The notes under the pieces are model-generated. The model was not told the DNA's origin. It saw only the letters and a program-made list of their open reading frames with translations, and searched no databases. Below, in pieces: positions 1 through 10,823 of a stretch of DNA of 64,000 nt (within the stretch, counting starts at the first letter, position 1; every line of letters begins with the position of its first letter). Source of the stretch: Naegleria gruberi. Lineage: Eukaryota. The translations under genes were made by a program, and so were the position numbers. The DNA lies in assembly GCA_000004985.1 (NCBI GenBank), contig GG738930.1. The stretch is one strand, 5' to 3'.

Positions 1-1405
1 GATAGTTCTGGTCTGAACCAATTTTATCTGCCTTCAGAGTGCTATTCTCAGTTGGACCCAAGAATTCATAAATTGCCTGATGTAGTTCAACAGAAGCATC
101 ATCCAAAAACAATTCACTCACATGTTCCCCAAGAGCACTGAATGAAAAGACTCCAAATAAATCCTCGGCTTCCTTATTCAAATATTCTATTGAGCCAAGT
201 TTGTCAAAAACAAGAACTGGAAATCCACAAGTCATGAATTGAGACACCAAATGATTCAACTGTACAAATTCTACCTGATGTGTAAATCCAACTTCTTCAT
301 TAATTTCTCTATCACTCAGTAGGGCAGTTTCTGTCGACCTCACAGACATAACAGAAACTTCGCTCACTGTATCAGGAAAATCATCAAATCCTTCATTCTT
401 CGTTTTCATTTTGGAAAGGAATCTCTGATTAATTGACTGTTTGTAGCCTTGATCGTTTCTTGACATTCCTCTTTCGAGTGGAGGTCTTGCTCTGGGCACA
501 GATTGTGATCCCTCCCTCATCATTAAACTGTTTTCTCTCTGTAGTGGCCCTCTCTTTGTTGGAACATCAGACAAGGGTTTATCAGATAGCTCATATTCAT
601 TATTCTTCCTAGTAATAAAACTACTATTCTCTCTTTGTAACATTCCTCTCCTAGGAGCAGATGGTGCTGTTGTCATTGTAGAATTACCTCTCAATAGAGG
701 AGGTGGTCTCGATAGTGTGCCATCGTTATTCGTCAGCAGAGAAGAACCTTCCCTCCTTAACATTCCTCTTGGTTTTTGGGAGATAGTAGAATTTTCTCTT
801 GTCAGTTTTGGAGCTACTCTCAACGATGAAGAAACTCCAACTTTAAGCATTGCAGAGGTATCCAAACCTTCAAATATGTTCCTAGAACTTGCTGTATTTT
901 TCGACGATACCTCATACATGGATTGTTTTTTAGACATGAACTCATTAAGTGCTTTTTGATCTTCGTCTTCCTTCTCCTTTCTAGCAGAGGCAGGTGTTTC
1001 TGTTATTGTAAATGGAGCAAGAAAGTCTGAACCACCTACTCCATCATTATTTGGAATCCGTGTTGGTACTTTAGGTTTTACTGGACTAAACCCTACCAAT
1101 ACATTTCTCGAACTTTGAGTATTGAAAGCTCCAGGAGACGGTTTTGACTTTTTTGCTTGGAGAAACTCTTGGAGAGCCTTCTCATCCTCATCTTCATCAT
1201 CCTTATTGTTTTGTTTTGTTGGGGAGGTTAGAGGTTTTTTAGGAGAAGTACTTTTAGAAAGAGCAGAAGCATCAAACGAAGCAAATATATTCCTCGAACT
1301 CTGATGATTAAAATTGGAAGAGGGTGAATGAAGGTTTGCTGTCTTCTTCTTGGCTAGAAATTCCTGTAGAGCCTTATCGTCATCATCGTCATCATAATTT
1401 GTCAT
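1..1405 (-). CDS. PAS-domain protein, N-terminal part (partial; continues past the window start)
   Basis: The ATG is the reverse complement of 1403-1405. I translated the minus frame by hand and found no stop down to position 1. The low-complexity N-terminus carries three copies of a motif like ALQEFL..KK..SSRN(I/V)F. The region near position 1 reads GFPVLVFDKLGSIEYLNKEAEDLFG, a typical PAS-core signature. The ORF track does not list it because there is no stop inside the window. Confidence 0.55.
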   Translation of the reverse strand, partial: MTNYDDDDDDKALQEFLAKKKTANLHSPSSNFNHQSSRNIFASFDASALSKSTSPKKPLTSPTKQNNKDDEDEDEKALQEFLQAKKSKPSPGAFNTQSSRNVLVGFSPVKPKVPTRIPNNDGVGGSDFLAPFTITETPASARKEKEDEDQKALNEFMSKKQSMYEVSSKNTASSRNIFEGLDTSAMLKVGVSSSLRVAPKLTRENSTISQKPRGMLRREGSSLLTNNDGTLSRPPPLLRGNSTMTTAPSAPRRGMLQRENSSFITRKNNEYELSDKPLSDVPTKRGPLQRENSLMMREGSQSVPRARPPLERGMSRNDQGYKQSINQRFLSKMKTKNEGFDDFPDTVSEVSVMSVRSTETALLSDREINEEVGFTHQVEFVQLNHLVSQFMTCGFPVLVFDKLGSIEYLNKEAEDLFGVFSFSALGEHVSELFLDDASVELHQAIYEFLGPTENSTLKADKIGSDQNY

Positions 1406-1863
1406 GTTGTTGTTATTATGAATAATTGAAACTCTATTCTTTGATTATACAATTAATAGTAATTAAATTATAACAGCTGTTATCCTCCTAGTAGAACAAA
1501 TTAATGTCTTTTTTACGTTTCATAATCACTATAGTACAGATGATATATGATGATGAGTGAGAGTTGTAAATTATAATGTACAACTGAGAGAAAGAAGACA
1601 ACAATTTGATGAGCGATGATGTTGTGTGTTCATCTCTGCTTTAAAGAGGAAGGTACCGAAAGAAGTTTGTTGGAGGTAACCTCTCAAATGCAATCACATG
1701 TGATGGTATATCTCAAGGAATAGCTTGGTATTTTGTTGTTGCTTTTTTTCATTGTTACCGTTACGAATTAATTTAATTCTTTATTTTTTTAAATTGTTGA
1801 AATAAAATGGCGCTATTTGCTTCTTTGTATTATTCTGATGATTTTGCTGAGCAGCAACAAAGA

Positions 1864-2250
1864 TTATTGTTGGCCACCTTCTTCGTCTAATGATTGTTTT
1901 GCTTCGTGTTCCTCTTCTTCTGCTTGTAGTCTTGATGGTTCCTCCAAACCCATCGAACAAACCGTTGTTACTATTAACGAAAGATCTTGTCCACTTTTTT
2001 CGTATTCATCAAGAGTATTGATAAACTCAGCCAGCACTCGAGCATTCTTGATTTGAAAACCAATTTCCTCCCCGAGATCATTCAATACGGTGAGAGAGCC
2101 ATCATTCCTATCCAAATTTACAAACACATAATTCTTCTCTGTAATAACTGGAACATCCACATCGCTTGCTGTTGCTACTACAATATGATGCTTTTCTCCA
2201 GTGTAAATATCGTGAGCAACGATGAATGTTTTGGTTTTACTCTTTGACAT
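1864..2250 (-). CDS. hypothetical small protein with an acidic C-terminus (128 aa)
   Basis: ATG-initiated ORF (cat at 2248-2250). It begins 155 nt downstream of the kinase gene's stop, on the same strand. I recognised no family. Confidence 0.4.
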   Translation of the reverse strand: MSKSKTKTFIVAHDIYTGEKHHIVVATASDVDVPVITEKNYVFVNLDRNDGSLTVLNDLGEEIGFQIKNARVLAEFINTLDEYEKSGQDLSLIVTTVCSMGLEEPSRLQAEEEEHEAKQSLDEEGGQQ

Positions 2251-2404
2251 GATGATTGATAATGACGATTTTGTGATTGTTTTTTACTGTGGATCGAAAC
2301 AGTTGATATTAATAGAAAAGCAATGTTCATTTCGAATTATTCCATACCTAGAAAGCAGGTTTACAAAATTAGAATTGGTTTTGATTCAAAATTTTCACAT
2401 GATT

Positions 2405-4709
2405 TTACTGTTTCATCAACTTGGATTGAATAATTTTGGTGAGGTGTAAAATCTTATTGTTATCCTCTTTGTTTTCTTTCGTCAATTCGGACAAGTAAGA
2501 CAATAAATAAAAGGCTCTATTATACAGGGCAGTCCACTTGGGATAACCAATCATTTCCCAACAACAAGCTTCTTTGGTCAACTCGATAGCCGACAAATAC
2601 ATTACATTGGTAATGTCTTTGCATTTTGATGGCTCTAATAATTTGGTTTTGGAGTGTAGTTTTTCTGTCCTCTTGAAAACATCATTTAATAAATGATTCA
2701 TGAATGACATGAGAGCTGTTTTGCGATCAGATGGTGGAATTCGAGAAAGAAAAGGGGTGCAGTTCTGTAAAAGTTGAGTTGATCTCAAGTAGAGAGCAAA
2801 AGATTCAGTTATTTTCGAGGTTCTTTCAAAATTGAGAGCCATCTCTGCAAGAACCCAACTGATTTGAAGATTTCGTTCTACATTATCCAAAGTTGGCTTG
2901 TCCTCTGGGGATGATGCTAGCTCTGAAAAATCAAATATTACAATTGGATATTTTTCCAATGAGGATTCTATGGTATAAGTTTTAGAAATGTACAAATCTG
3001 GATTAGGTTCAAATTTTTCATCAAAGAGAATAATTAAATTCTTCTTTTCTGTTGAATCAGTGAGGGATGGTGGTTGTTGAGTAGATGTTGATGATGATGA
3101 AGCAACAATTGGGGAAGGGGTAGGAGTTGAGTTTGTTGAGATATCAGTTGTTGAAATAATGATATCATCTGGAGTTGATGGTATTCCTTGAATTTCCAAA
3201 GGATCTATAATGTCATACTCTTCTTCCAAGCTCGAAAGTTGAATGACATTTGGTTCACTGCTCTTTCGTTGCTCGTTTCTAATATTTACAATGTAAGGAT
3301 GATTGTAAAATTGATCGAAATCAAATCTTGAATTAGGATCAAATGTCAATAATCCTTTCAATAAATCAATCAATTCAGGCGAAGTGTCTCTAGTTGGAAA
3401 GGATGTTCCACTCATCACTCTCCTATATTGTTGAGCCATATCGTTTGCTATGAAAGGTAAATTACCATAGCATAATAAATAAATAATTACACCAATTGAC
3501 CATAAATCAGCCTTAATATCATAGGTAACTTGTTTTCCAGCCAAGTAATGCATAATTTCAGGTCTTTGCTCCAATGAATAAAATAGAAATTACAAAAACT
3601 TACGCCATAAACATTGGAGTTCCACAAACTGTCTGAGCTAATTTGTTTGTATCCAATTCCTTTGCAAGTCCCAAATCTGCAATCTTTAACGTTCCAAAAT
3701 CAATATCATAATCATCATCTCCATTATCTATTATTTCCATTGGTTTGGAAAAGAGTAAATTTGCTGGTTTTAAATCTCTAAACAACAAATTAGTTCAAAA
3801 TGCAAGCAATATAACCTACCTATGCATAATCTGTTTTCTATTCAAATATTCAACTCCTTCAGATAATTGGTAAATCAACTTTTTCAAAAATCTCTCTTTC
3901 ATTCTTCCATTATTATTGAACACGAGTGGTGATCTCTTCTTAATCAAATCATTCAAATCACCTCCTCCACAAAATTCCAACACAACATAACAATTGTGAT
4001 GCGTCTCTAAAAATTCAACCATTCTAATGCAATAATCCGAATCCAAATCTCTCATAATCTTAATTTCACTCGAAAAGTATTTGAGATTGGAAGAATTCAA
4101 AATTTTCTTATCAATCACCTTGATGGCAACTTGTTGCTTTGTTATTGAATGCATTCCTTCATAAACACTTGCATAACTTCCTGATCCCAACTTGCTATCA
4201 ATAAATATCAAAAAGTCACCAACTTTCTTTGCCTTTTCCTTCTTGTCTGATTGATAAACAAGACCTCCACTTGATTGTACACGATGAGTGGTTGCCACTC
4301 TCTTCTTCTTTTGTTCTGGTGTTACAACTACAGTTGTTCCTGATGATGCAGGTGATGATTTACTATTTACATTTCTTGGTGATGATGATGGAGATGCTGA
4401 TGAAGGCACTTTGAATTCGGAAAGGTTGATATCAGATGATGATCGAATAGAATCTTCCTCTCCCACCTTGACAAGTCTTGATGACTTGTTCGTTTCATCC
4501 AATTTACGTGTTATTGTTGTTGATACTCCAATAGTTTCAATTGTTGTTGTTGTTGTTGCTGTTGCTGTTGTGGCAGCAGAATCAAATGAATTATTGCCAT
4601 CACTACTACCCGATGATCCATTATTATTGTCATCATCCACCACTACTGAATCATCATTATTGTTTTCTTCAACGATGAAAATTCCTTCACGAATTCGTTT
4701 TGTTGACAT
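2405..4709 (-). CDS. Ser/Thr protein kinase of the ULK/Atg1 family; three exons at 4709..3820, 3777..3604 and 3563..2405
   Basis: Three minus-strand ORFs carry consecutive kinase subdomains: GSGSYASVY..AIKVIDKK, then HRDLKPANLL..IADLGLAKEL, then CGTPMFMA|PEIMHY..KADLWSIGVIIY..RFDFDQFYNHPYI. They join through two introns I located by hand. Intron 1 is 3819..3778 (42 nt, GTAGGT..TAG) and restores QIMH-R-DLKP. Intron 2 is 3603..3564 (40 nt, GTAAGT..AAG) and restores MFMA-PEIM. The exon lengths sum to 2223 nt, which is 741 codons. The motifs EFCGGGDL, CGTPMFMAPEI, KADLWSIG and the C-terminal RFDFDQF closely match ULK1/Atg1. Confidence 0.7.
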
Positions 4710-4926
4710 TTTTTAGTAGGTTACCAAATTTTCAAAAGTGGAAACGTGATGAAAACTCTTGTTGTCATTCTCGAGAGAAGCATGTTTAACGTGATTGAGT
4801 TTACTGTTTGAGAAAACAACTGTTTTCAATAACATTGTAAACTGGGTTGATAATAAATTGCAATTTATTAGATATTAGTAAATAATTGAGTTTTAAATCG
4901 ACAGTCGAGAGAATTATCAAGATTTC

Positions 4927-5364
4927 TTAAGCAATGATGCATGATTTTCCAGGCAAGCTTGAACTGTCCCAATTGGATTCAAAATGAGTTTGAATATTGT
5001 TGGCAAAATTACCAAACATTGACATGTCCAAACAATTCTCTGCAGATGCTTCTCCTTGTCCAACAATGTACCCATACAATGCACTAGTATCAGAAGAAGG
5101 TCCATATCGATGACAATAATGAGCAACAGCTTGTTCTTCACCTTGATTATTGCCCAAAAGGAAAACACTTGCCGATTCTCTCAGATAATATCCCATCGAT
5201 GCATAGGATGCTGACAATGATTCGGAAGAAATTGAACTCACATCCATTCGAAAATTAAAAGTATGACCACTTTTACTAATGGAAAATGAGTGACTCGATT
5301 TCTCACAGAGAGGATAAGGTGCTGAAAGATTGGCAGTGTAGGATGGAATAGTTGAGGAGGACAT
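4927..5364 (-). CDS. hypothetical protein, tandem paralogue A (145 aa)
   Basis: ATG-initiated ORF. It shares a conserved skeleton with the neighbouring ORF at 5640..6038: PYPL..TFNFR.D..SISS.SL..LRESA..FLL.NN..VA.YCH.YGP..YGYIVGQ..MF.NF..IQ.HFE.NW. I recognised no family. Confidence 0.45.
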   Translation of the reverse strand: MSSSTIPSYTANLSAPYPLCEKSSHSFSISKSGHTFNFRMDVSSISSESLSASYASMGYYLRESASVFLLGNNQGEEQAVAHYCHRYGPSSDTSALYGYIVGQGEASAENCLDMSMFGNFANNIQTHFESNWDSSSLPGKSCIIA

Positions 5365-5639
5365 TTTTTTACTGTTATTGTTTGGGATATTTCTTCACAT
5401 TGCACAATTATTCATTTGATTTTGGAGGGTTACACATTCCAGCATGTACAAACTGGAAGGAGAATCGCTTACTACTATGGTATTATATTTGGTGTTGTTG
5501 TGTGAACTTTGGAAAGGTTTACAATAATGTCATCATCACACTAGTAGTCGTTAGTAGAGAGATAGAGGTATTAGAATGCACAGTTGGGGATGTAACACGA
5601 TCAGATATGATTTTACAGTAAAATAAACAAATGGAAAGT

Positions 5640-6038
5640 TTAGTTTTGTTTCCAATTCAATTCAAAGTGTTTTTGAATTGCTTTTGTAAAATTAGCAAAC
5701 ATGTCATGTTCAAAACTATTATCATCTTGTTCTCCTCCTGATTGTCCAACAATATATCCATAGAATGAGCTCATATTTGAACAAGGTCCATAGCCATGAC
5801 AATATTGAGCAACCATTCTTTGCTCATCATTATTTTCTAATAGGAAGATTGTTGCCGATTCTCTTAGAAAAACTCCCTTGGTTGCAAAGGATCTTGTTAG
5901 AGATTGGGAAGAAATTGAATAAATATCAATTCGAAAATTGAAAGTTTGATTATTTCTTGTGAGTGAAAATAATTGATTGCTGACTTCGGAGAGAGGATAA
6001 GGTGATGGAAGTTTGGCAGTGTATTTGATTATTGACAT
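5640..6038 (-). CDS. hypothetical protein, tandem paralogue B (132 aa)
   Basis: ATG-initiated ORF. About 40% of positions are identical to the ORF at 4927..5364. It lies on the same strand, 275 nt upstream. Confidence 0.45.
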   Translation of the reverse strand: MSIIKYTAKLPSPYPLSEVSNQLFSLTRNNQTFNFRIDIYSISSQSLTRSFATKGVFLRESATIFLLENNDEQRMVAQYCHGYGPCSNMSSFYGYIVGQSGGEQDDNSFEHDMFANFTKAIQKHFELNWKQN

Positions 6039-6689
6039 TTTTTTTTGATCTTTTGTTAGAAATTAACAGGTTAGGGAATGTTCAAAACACTTCAATTTAC
6101 TGGTAAATTGTTTATTTCTTGAAACAGTGCCACTGGGGCATGCCTTGAATGAAAATCAGGTGAGAGTGGATAAATTTTAGATGAAAGATTGTTAAATTCA
6201 GAATATTATTCCAAGAGAAATGGAATATCTTCTATTAATTCATTAAGTAAACCTGTTTTGAGATTATAAAAAAAGTTAAGATTGGAAGCCAACTCCCTCT
6301 CTAATATGTTGCTATGATTCTATGCATGTATTGTATGAAGGAATATTGCAGGATATGATGGCCATGATTCCAGTTTCTTATTGGGAGAAATTCGATCTCC
6401 TCTTCCTTAAACAAAAATATCCTTCATTTCTTCACAAACATCCTAGAAAAACAACTAATGGACAAACAATGAATAGTTTGAAAGCCATTGAAGTATATAT
6501 GATAACTCATTATTATTTGGAATTATTTACTTGTATAGAAAATTATCAAGCAATTGAAAGAGAAGTTAATCTTATTCGCAGATTTGTTAATATCATAGAT
6601 TCATTGACAGATTCATTCATTTCTTCTGAATTGGAGCAAAAGCATTTCCTCAACCATTAATCTTAAAGGTTTATAAAGTAGACAAAAGC

Positions 6690-6762
6690 TGGGGACTGTG
6701 AGGATCGAACTCACGACCTTAGGATTATGAGACCTACGCGCTACCGACTGCGCCAAGTCCCC
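6690..6762 (-). tRNA. tRNA-Met (CAT), elongator type
   Basis: The reverse complement folds by hand into a cloverleaf. Acceptor stem GGGGACT/AGTCCCC, D-arm GCGC-AGTCGGTA-GCGC, anticodon arm TAGGT-CTCATAA-TCCTA (anticodon CAT), T-arm GTGAG-TTCGATC-CTCAC, discriminator A, and no encoded CCA. Its 3' half is near-identical to eukaryotic elongator tRNA-Met. Confidence 0.85.
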
Positions 6763-7028
6763 TTACATGTATGTCCTTAATAATTAATTTTTCACCAATG
6801 AAATAACACATACTCTAAAAATGAGCACCAATTTTTTCCCTTATTTACTCAGATGTATCTTATCCTTATTGGTACTCAGGATCCTTCCAAATCTTTGCGA
6901 ACAAGGCAACCAGTTCAAAACGTTATGGCCACATCTTCACAACTTCACTACGCATCAAACAAAACCGCCTCTTCACTTGCCCTCAAATTCAACCCACAAC
7001 TTTCTATCAACACTATATTGAAAAAAAC

Positions 7029-9968
7029 ATGCCCACCAATACAATAGCCACTTCTGCTACTCCCTCAACAAACAACTCGACTGCTGCATACTCAGCAACA
7101 ACAACAAATTCCAACTCCAATTTTTTACTTCGACCCTCTTCGAGAGAACCACGAGTTATACGAAAAGCTCCAACTCCTCAGCCTTATCAATCGAAAAAGT
7201 CTGCTATCGGTCCAACTAGTGNNNNNNNNNNNNNNNNNNNNNNNNNNNNNNNNNNNNNNNNNNNNNNNNNNNNNNNNNNNNNNNNNNNNNNNNNNNNNNN
7301 NNNNNNNNNNNNNNNNNNNNNNNNNNNNNNNNNNNNNNNNNNNNNNNNNNNNNNNNNNNNNNNNNNNNNNNNNNNNNNNNNNNNNNNNNNNNNNNNNNNN
7401 NNNNNNNNNNNNNNNNNNNNNNNNNNNNNNNNNNNNNNNNNNNNNNNNNNNNNNNNNNNNNNNNNNNNNNNNNAACGAGAAGCAAAACCTCCTGGAAATT
7501 CTGAGGTTCCTCCTCTCAAGAAGAAATCTTCATCAATAACAACCACTCTAACTTCATCACCTAAGGCTGCCTCTGGAGGAGAGAAAAAAAAGGCTTCTAA
7601 TCTATCTCCCTCGCCAGTAAGAAAGAGAGGTTACGAATTGGCCACCAAGTCAAGCTCGAGTTCTTCCCTATTGAAGAATGAAGAAGGAAGTGCTGCCAAG
7701 CCATCTCAATTGAGAAAATCAGGATCGTTTACAGGGCAGAATGTCATTTCTAATAATACAAAGAAGGAAGCAAATAATGGAAAAAAGTTGGCAAGACCAA
7801 AGGGATCTGCTTTTCAAAAGAAGCGTCCTCTTGATGATAAATCTGTTTCATACAAGCTGTTGGAAGAAATTGTCAATTCAACCATTACTCAGTTTATTAA
7901 GCAAGATGGAATTTTAAGTCATAGAGACTTACGCTTAATTATTAATAAGAAGATTGCCCTCGTCAAGTCAATCCATGACAATATTATTGGATCTGAAGCT
8001 GTATTTAGAACACCATTTGGGTCGAAAAAGTATTTACCAATCACGTATTGTGATTACATTGCAACGGGGAAACCATTGAAAATGATTGAGGATTACATTT
8101 TGGAACAAGTTTTACCAACCTATGCCAACACTCATAATACAACATCTTTCACAGGTTATCAAACAACACACTTGATAGAAGATGCAAGACAAATAATTGC
8201 TCAATGTGTGAATGCCAATTTGAAAAAACCAGAAGTTGCAAGTTCAACCTGTACAGTGAGTGGGGAGTGTGCTTCACAGGAATCCAACAACACTCAGAAG
8301 GAAGACGATGAAGATGTTATTATCTTTGCTGGAAGTGGTAGTGCAGCATGTATCAATACACTCATTCACTACATTGGAATCAGACAGAAAGTGAGAGAGG
8401 CACCAAGTGAAAAGGAGCTCCCTGTTGTCATTATCTCAACACTGGAACACCACAGTAATATTCTTGCTTGGAGAGAAACTGGAGCTTGTGTGATTCAAAT
8501 TATGGAAGATAAGTACGGTAATGTCGACCTGGATGAACTACTAATTCACCTCAAACAATTCAAAGACAGTGGAAGAATGCTAATTGTCTCAATGACTGCA
8601 GCTTCAAATGTAACTGGTGTTGTGACTGATACTGAAGCTATTGCCAAGTTGGCTCACGAAAATAATGCTTGGTGCTTTTTTGACTATGCTGGAGGTGCTC
8701 CATATTTGGATATTAATGTCAATCCAAAGAATGATCCTCTTCTTGCTAAGGATGCAGTCTTTATATCCCCACACAAATTTATTGGTGGTCCAAGCACTCC
8801 TGGTGTTTTGATTGCCAAGAAGAAACTCTTTTCAAATACAGTGCCAAGTCAACCTGGTGGTGGTACAGTGACCTACAATCACAGTTATACTCCAGTTGTT
8901 GAAGAAAAGGAGGAAGGAGGCACATCAAATATTATTGGAAGCATTCGGTGTGCTCTGGTATTCAAGTTGAAGGATGAAGTTGGACCAAAATTGATTCAGA
9001 GAATTGAGGAAAAGTATAGAGATAGAGCTTTAAAGACGTGGTCAACAAATCCCAATCTTGTAATGGTTGGTCCTGGATTGGACTGTATTGGGGAGGGAAA
9101 GGTTGAAAAACTTGCCTTCTTCTCCTTTTTGGTCAAACATGAAGACTACTTTTTGCATCCATCCTATGTGAGTTTGTTGTTGAATGATCTGTTTGGACTG
9201 CAGAGCCGTCCCGGATGTTCTTGTGCTGGTCCTTACGGGGCTGAAATATTGGGCATTCAAATGACCAAGTTAAATCTTATTGAAGCTGCCATTGTTGAAT
9301 CTATCAAGTCGTCCAATAGCTTGACTTGTTTGAAGCCAGGTTGGAGTAGACTCAATTTGAACTACTTTTTCGATGATAATACTGTTCAATTTGTTTTACA
9401 GGCTGTGGACTTTGTTGCAACTCATGGCTGGAAATTATTGCCTTACTATGTTTTTGATTCAAAAACCAATGAATGGAGTCATAGAAGATTTGGAAATAAT
9501 TCACCTATGCGTTTGTCAGGATATTTTGATAACTTTACCAAATACACAGAGGAAAATAGAAAGAAACTGACAGAGGTTTCATTTTCAAATGGCTTCTTGG
9601 AGTTTGTAGATAAGAATGGAGAACTTCACAACACCGAGCCAACCACACCATTATCATACAGTAATATTTTGAAAGAAGCAGAGTCTGTATTGAGAGAATC
9701 AACAAATAACTTTAATGCACTCTACATTAACATTGAATCTGAACTTAATAATATTTTTGGTGATGAGGAGCTCGGATTAAGACATAGATATGGTAATTTG
9801 CGATGGTTCATGCTTCCTTCTGAAGCTTTAATGGACATGAAAGGTATTGAACGTGAGAAACATACAGATCCTGTGATTGTTCCAAAAGTTTACCCATCCT
9901 CAGATAGTTATATCAAGCAAAAAAAGATTGAATCAAGAACATTCCTCAAATCAAGGTTAAATAAATAA
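7029..9968 (+). CDS. class V PLP-dependent aminotransferase-like protein (cysteine desulfurase / selenocysteine lyase fold) with a long low-complexity N-terminus; spans gap 7222-7473
   Basis: ATG at 7029. The motif FISPHKFIGGPSTPGVLIAKKKLF matches the S-x-HK-x-x-GGP pyridoxal-lysine signature of class V aminotransferases. IIFAGSGSAACINTLI and ASNVTGVV..FFDYAGGAPY match the family core. The frame across the gap cannot be assessed. Confidence 0.6.
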   Translation: MPTNTIATSATPSTNNSTAAYSATTTNSNSNFLLRPSSREPRVIRKAPTPQPYQSKKSAIGPTSXXXXXXXXXXXXXXXXXXXXXXXXXXXXXXXXXXXXXXXXXXXXXXXXXXXXXXXXXXXXXXXXXXXXXXXXXXXXXXXXXXXXXREAKPPGNSEVPPLKKKSSSITTTLTSSPKAASGGEKKKASNLSPSPVRKRGYELATKSSSSSSLLKNEEGSAAKPSQLRKSGSFTGQNVISNNTKKEANNGKKLARPKGSAFQKKRPLDDKSVSYKLLEEIVNSTITQFIKQDGILSHRDLRLIINKKIALVKSIHDNIIGSEAVFRTPFGSKKYLPITYCDYIATGKPLKMIEDYILEQVLPTYANTHNTTSFTGYQTTHLIEDARQIIAQCVNANLKKPEVASSTCTVSGECASQESNNTQKEDDEDVIIFAGSGSAACINTLIHYIGIRQKVREAPSEKELPVVIISTLEHHSNILAWRETGACVIQIMEDKYGNVDLDELLIHLKQFKDSGRMLIVSMTAASNVTGVVTDTEAIAKLAHENNAWCFFDYAGGAPYLDINVNPKNDPLLAKDAVFISPHKFIGGPSTPGVLIAKKKLFSNTVPSQPGGGTVTYNHSYTPVVEEKEEGGTSNIIGSIRCALVFKLKDEVGPKLIQRIEEKYRDRALKTWSTNPNLVMVGPGLDCIGEGKVEKLAFFSFLVKHEDYFLHPSYVSLLLNDLFGLQSRPGCSCAGPYGAEILGIQMTKLNLIEAAIVESIKSSNSLTCLKPGWSRLNLNYFFDDNTVQFVLQAVDFVATHGWKLLPYYVFDSKTNEWSHRRFGNNSPMRLSGYFDNFTKYTEENRKKLTEVSFSNGFLEFVDKNGELHNTEPTTPLSYSNILKEAESVLRESTNNFNALYINIESELNNIFGDEELGLRHRYGNLRWFMLPSEALMDMKGIEREKHTDPVIVPKVYPSSDSYIKQKKIESRTFLKSRLNK
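7222..7473. other. assembly gap (N run)
   Basis: 252 consecutive n. Confidence 1.
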
Positions 9969-10823
9969 TCTATCCCTAGGTAAAATAATTCGGTTCTGTT
10001 CAATCTTGACATCTTTTACTTCGAAGAGAGTTGACAACCTATTCAACCGTATGAGGTTTCCAGAAGAAAAAATTGCCATAATATTCCATTCTTCATTGCC
10101 AGTTTCAATGATTCGTTTCATGTCCAATCCTGTTAGATTTGTTTCATGAGAATTTGAAGAATCTCTTCTTGCAAATTGAAATATCTTTTCCGAGTCTATT
10201 AGATGGGAAATAGTGGAAATACTGACCATACTTTTTAATGCAGTAAAGCTTGGGTCAAACAATATGGACAATAAAAAAGTTAAAAGTGGTAGACAAGTTG
10301 GAGCAAGATCATATTTCCTGAATGTAAAGCATGGTTTCAATTTGACTTGATTATTGTGTAGAGTTGATATTTTCGAGAGGGATATTATCTTGCAGAGTGA
10401 AACAAGAGTCGATAATTCATTTTGAATTTCATCTTGATTGTTACCATATTTATATTCTAAAAATGTCATAATATCAAAATTAAATATAAATTCCAACGAG
10501 TTTTCGCCTCTCCTTGGTAGTAGAGAGAAAAGATATTGAAACACTCTCACATAATCAATACAATCATTATCCAAAAATTCATATTCACTTCCACCAATAA
10601 AATTCCTAATTAAATTAAAATTAGAAATGGCCTTCTCCAATCCAATCAACACATCTTCCAAGTAGTATTTCTTTACAAATATATATTTGTAAATATATGA
10701 ACTTGTATGAATAGCAATGTACCATGTTCTACTGACAAGGCTACATTTAATTTGATCCGATAGGTCCAAATATTCCGTGATGACTGATACGAGGTCTTGA
10801 TGAAGAACGTCTTGTTGATTCAT
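9957..10823 (-). CDS. F-box domain protein
   Basis: The N-terminus [25 protein letters not shown] fits the F-box consensus (L..I..yLd..dl.....VsK.W). Its ATG at 10823-10821 overlaps the upstream gene's stop. Its own stop overlaps the 3' end of the convergent gene at 7029..9968 by 12 nt. Confidence 0.55.
   Translation of the reverse strand: MNQQDVLHQDLVSVITEYLDLSDQIKCSLVSRTWYIAIHTSSYIYKYIFVKKYYLEDVLIGLEKAISNFNLIRNFIGGSEYEFLDNDCIDYVRVFQYLFSLLPRRGENSLEFIFNFDIMTFLEYKYGNNQDEIQNELSTLVSLCKIISLSKISTLHNNQVKLKPCFTFRKYDLAPTCLPLLTFLLSILFDPSFTALKSMVSISTISHLIDSEKIFQFARRDSSNSHETNLTGLDMKRIIETGNEEWNIMAIFSSGNLIRLNRLSTLFEVKDVKIEQNRIILPRDRLFI

Noticed and set aside
6322-6660. 112-aa plus-strand ORF between the paralogue pair and tRNA-Met
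   Set aside because: No recognisable features and an odd composition. It may be real but I cannot support it from sequence alone.
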